A DNA stretch of 64,000 nt, taken from Snowella sp. GTDB taxonomy: Bacteria > Cyanobacteriota > Cyanobacteriia > Cyanobacteriales > Microcystaceae. Made by a program: the position numbers and the translations under genes. The notes under the pieces are model-generated. The model did no database searches, was not told the origin of the DNA, and was given only the letters and a program-made list of their open reading frames with translations. The stretch is taken from positions 1-64,000 of the forward strand of contig JAYKGY010000105.1 in NCBI GenBank assembly GCA_035285545.1, given 5' to 3'. This document shows, in pieces, positions 61,148-64,000 of the stretch (positions are counted from its first letter, which is position 1; each line of letters starts with the position of its first letter).

Positions 61148-63880
61148 ATGACAAGACAGCTTAAACTCATTCCGACGGGTCAAATTGTAGCTACATCCCT
61201 CCATTCAGAAATGGAACGCTCCTATTTGGAGTATGCCATGAGTGTCATTGTAGGACGGGCCCTTCCCGATGTGAGAGACGGATTAAAGCCGGTTCATCGA
61301 CGGGTGTTGTATGCCATGTATGAATTGGGGTTAACGCCTGATCGTCCCTATCGGAAATGCGCCCGTGTGGTGGGGGATGTTTTGGGAAAATACCATCCGC
61401 ATGGAGATCAGTCGGTTTACGATGCCCTAGTCCGTATGGTACAGGATTTTTCTAGTCGGTATCCCCTCTTAGCTGGTCACGGGAATTTTGGCTCGGTCGA
61501 TAATGATCCCCCCGCAGCAATGCGTTATACGGAAACCCGTTTGTCTCCCCTAGCGTTTCAAGCCACCTTAGACAATATCAGTGAAGCGATCGTTGATTTT
61601 ACGGGGAATTTTGACAATTCCCAGCAAGAGCCTGTGGTTTTACCCGCCCAGTTACCCATTCTCTTACTTAACGGTTGTTCAGGGATTGCGGTGGGAATGG
61701 CGACCAATATTCCGCCCCATAATTTAGGAGAAATTGTCGATGGGTTGATTGCCCTGATTGATAATCCCCAATTGTCCGACGAAAACCTCTGGGAAATTAT
61801 TCCTGGCCCTGATTTTCCGACAGGGGGGGAAATTCTTGATCAAACCGGCATTTGGGAAGCCTACCGAACGGGAAGAGGTTTAATTCCTGTCCGAGGCGTT
61901 AGCCATATTGAAACCATTCAAACCGAAAGGCGACGCAATCGCAACCGAACCGCCATTATTGTGACCGAACTCCCTTTTCAGGTGAATAAGGCCGCCTGGA
62001 TTGAGAAAATGGCCGAGTTAGTTAACCAAGGTAAGTTAGACAATATTGCTGATTTGCGAGATGAAAGCGATCGCACCGGAATGCGCGTTGTCATTGAACT
62101 TAAAAAAGAAGCTGACCCCCAAGCGGTTTTAGAAAAGCTTTATAAACAAACTGCGCTACAAAGTAACTTTGGGGTGATTTTATTAGCCCTGGTTGATAAT
62201 AAACCCTGCCAGCTATCTCTGCGCCAACTTTTAGAAGAATTTTTAAAATTTCGGGAAGAAACCGTCACACGGCAGTATTCCCATGATTTGGGGGAATGTC
62301 AAAAACGCCTACATTTACTCCAAGGCCTATTAATCGCGCTGAATCATTTAGACGAACTCATTGATATTTTGCGTCATGCCGCCGATGGCCCAACTGCGAA
62401 AGTGCAACTGCAAACCCGTTTAGACATTACGGAAGAACAGGCTGATTCGATCTTAGCCATGCCCATGCGCCGCATTACGGGGTTAGAACGGCAAAAACTG
62501 GAAACCGAACACGAAGAATTAGAAAATCGCATTCGGGAATTAGATACCTTACTTACCAATCGCCATGAGCGTTTAAAGTCCCTCAAAAAAGAATTAAGAA
62601 AGCTCAAAAAATCCTTTGGAGATGAACGTCGTACCCGTATTGTTCAGTCTCCTATCCCACAACCAGTAACGACTTCCCCTACTTCCTCGTCTAGGGAACT
62701 TGCTGCGCCATTGGTTGATTCGGCGATCGCATCCCCGGAAGCTCAACCTTTAATCACAGCCGATGTTAAGGAAACCCCTGAATCTTCGCTTTTAACCGTA
62801 GCAACAGAAGTCGTTAACAAGACGCAAATTCAAAAACCTGCTAAAAAAACGGAAATTGATCAACCCTTAACGGAAACCATTCAGACCAAGCAACCAGAGT
62901 CCGCGACAGTCTCCCCTAAATCCGATTCATCCGAAACGAAACAACCTCATCCGTTTACCCTGTTTACGCCCCAGGTTCCGCCCGATGATGCCCAATTAAC
63001 CGTTACCTTATCGGGAGAAGTGTGCTGGGAAAGCTCCAATGATCAAGCCCCAACGCCTAGCGATGACCCCATAACTTATCGAGAACCGATCCAACAACGG
63101 GAGCAATTAATTGTCGTCAGCGATCGCGGCAAAGCCTATCCGGTTTTAGTCAAAGAAATTCCCTCGGTTGAAATCACTCGTATTCCTTTGTTAGAACTAT
63201 TACCGAAAAGTGCCCAGCGGGATGCTGATCGGATTGCGGGCCAATTCTTTTTACCTGAAGTAACAGGTCAGCAAGATTTACTGTTAATGACTCAGAGTGG
63301 CCGCTTAAAACGGCTAACCCTCAATGAATTTGATGAGTTGGGTAACCGAGGCTTAAGCCTGATGAAGTTTAAAGACGAAGACAAGCTTCAATTTGTCCAG
63401 TTCATTCAATCCACTGAAGATTTAGTCTTAGCTACCAGTAGTGGGCGATTATTGCGCTTTTCCCTCAAAGAAGAAAATATTCCCCCGATGGGACGGAATG
63501 CTCAAGGAAATCCTGCTGTCCGCTTGCGAGTGGGTGAATCTTTAGTGGGCTGCCTATCAGCGCAATCTAACGAAACAGTTTTATTACTCACCCAATTGGG
63601 TTACGGAAAAGCCTTTGCGGTGGAGTCTTTACGAGTTGGTAAATTAGGCGATATTGGCACAACGGCCATGCAATTTAGCCAGAAAACCGATCAGTTAGTG
63701 GCCATGTTACCCGCGATCAATTCTCCTGATCTCCTGCTACTCACCAGTCACAACCGTCAACTCGTTCTATCCAGCCAAGAATTTAACCTCTGGACAAAAG
63801 ATGGAGTCGGCGATCGCGTTATTGAATTAGACAATGGGGAAATGATTCAGCAAGCAATATTAACCAGGGTAATCGCATGA
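61148..63880 (+). CDS. Type IIA topoisomerase subunit A, GyrA paralogue (ParC-like)
   Basis: [28 protein letters not shown]; no GyrA-box seen; long P/T/S/E-rich linker before a degenerate pinwheel CTD. Confidence 0.9.
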   Translation: MTRQLKLIPTGQIVATSLHSEMERSYLEYAMSVIVGRALPDVRDGLKPVHRRVLYAMYELGLTPDRPYRKCARVVGDVLGKYHPHGDQSVYDALVRMVQDFSSRYPLLAGHGNFGSVDNDPPAAMRYTETRLSPLAFQATLDNISEAIVDFTGNFDNSQQEPVVLPAQLPILLLNGCSGIAVGMATNIPPHNLGEIVDGLIALIDNPQLSDENLWEIIPGPDFPTGGEILDQTGIWEAYRTGRGLIPVRGVSHIETIQTERRRNRNRTAIIVTELPFQVNKAAWIEKMAELVNQGKLDNIADLRDESDRTGMRVVIELKKEADPQAVLEKLYKQTALQSNFGVILLALVDNKPCQLSLRQLLEEFLKFREETVTRQYSHDLGECQKRLHLLQGLLIALNHLDELIDILRHAADGPTAKVQLQTRLDITEEQADSILAMPMRRITGLERQKLETEHEELENRIRELDTLLTNRHERLKSLKKELRKLKKSFGDERRTRIVQSPIPQPVTTSPTSSSRELAAPLVDSAIASPEAQPLITADVKETPESSLLTVATEVVNKTQIQKPAKKTEIDQPLTETIQTKQPESATVSPKSDSSETKQPHPFTLFTPQVPPDDAQLTVTLSGEVCWESSNDQAPTPSDDPITYREPIQQREQLIVVSDRGKAYPVLVKEIPSVEITRIPLLELLPKSAQRDADRIAGQFFLPEVTGQQDLLLMTQSGRLKRLTLNEFDELGNRGLSLMKFKDEDKLQFVQFIQSTEDLVLATSSGRLLRFSLKEENIPPMGRNAQGNPAVRLRVGESLVGCLSAQSNETVLLLTQLGYGKAFAVESLRVGKLGDIGTTAMQFSQKTDQLVAMLPAINSPDLLLLTSHNRQLVLSSQEFNLWTKDGVGDRVIELDNGEMIQQAILTRVIA

Positions 63881-64000
63881 AAATAAAGTGTAAAAAAAGA
63901 AGAATGTTGGAAAATAGAAAGAAAAAAATCGTTATTGAGAGCAGCCTTGTATCGTAATAATTAGCCCTTTCAAATCTAACTGTTCTAATAAAACAGGAAT

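Overview
This is a chromosomal window from a HIP1-rich (GCGATCGC) unicellular beta-cyanobacterium; the gene content resembles Synechocystis and related Chroococcales (inference). Most of it is housekeeping: ureD, nagZ, hisC-hisN, the nifJ-DUF29-DHOD-like-pfkA fermentative cluster, ilvC, spp/invertase, gltX, clpP, lpxB, bolA-grxD, corA, nadK, ureF, ubiC and a gyrA/parC paralogue. Accessory content includes IS1 and IS3 remnants, several toxin-antitoxin modules (some orphaned), a five-gene minor type IV pilin operon with tandem CRP-like boxes, and a proteobacterial-type phosphoribulokinase. A 91-bp IS630-like MITE is nested in a palindromic dispersed repeat. The best candidate for an undescribed system is a layout seen twice: a large STAND NTPase (NACHT-HEAT at 20.5-24.3 kb; NB-ARC-WD40 at 42.8-46.3 kb) with a putative N-terminal DNA-binding region, transcribed divergently from small genes across a spacer with direct repeats. 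The NACHT copy sits in a 5.5-kb AT-rich island with no HIP1 site, beside a DUF4258-like gene and an unannotated 53-aa Cys-rich ORF. I saw no tRNA, rRNA or CRISPR array. All family assignments come from motif recognition, not database searches.
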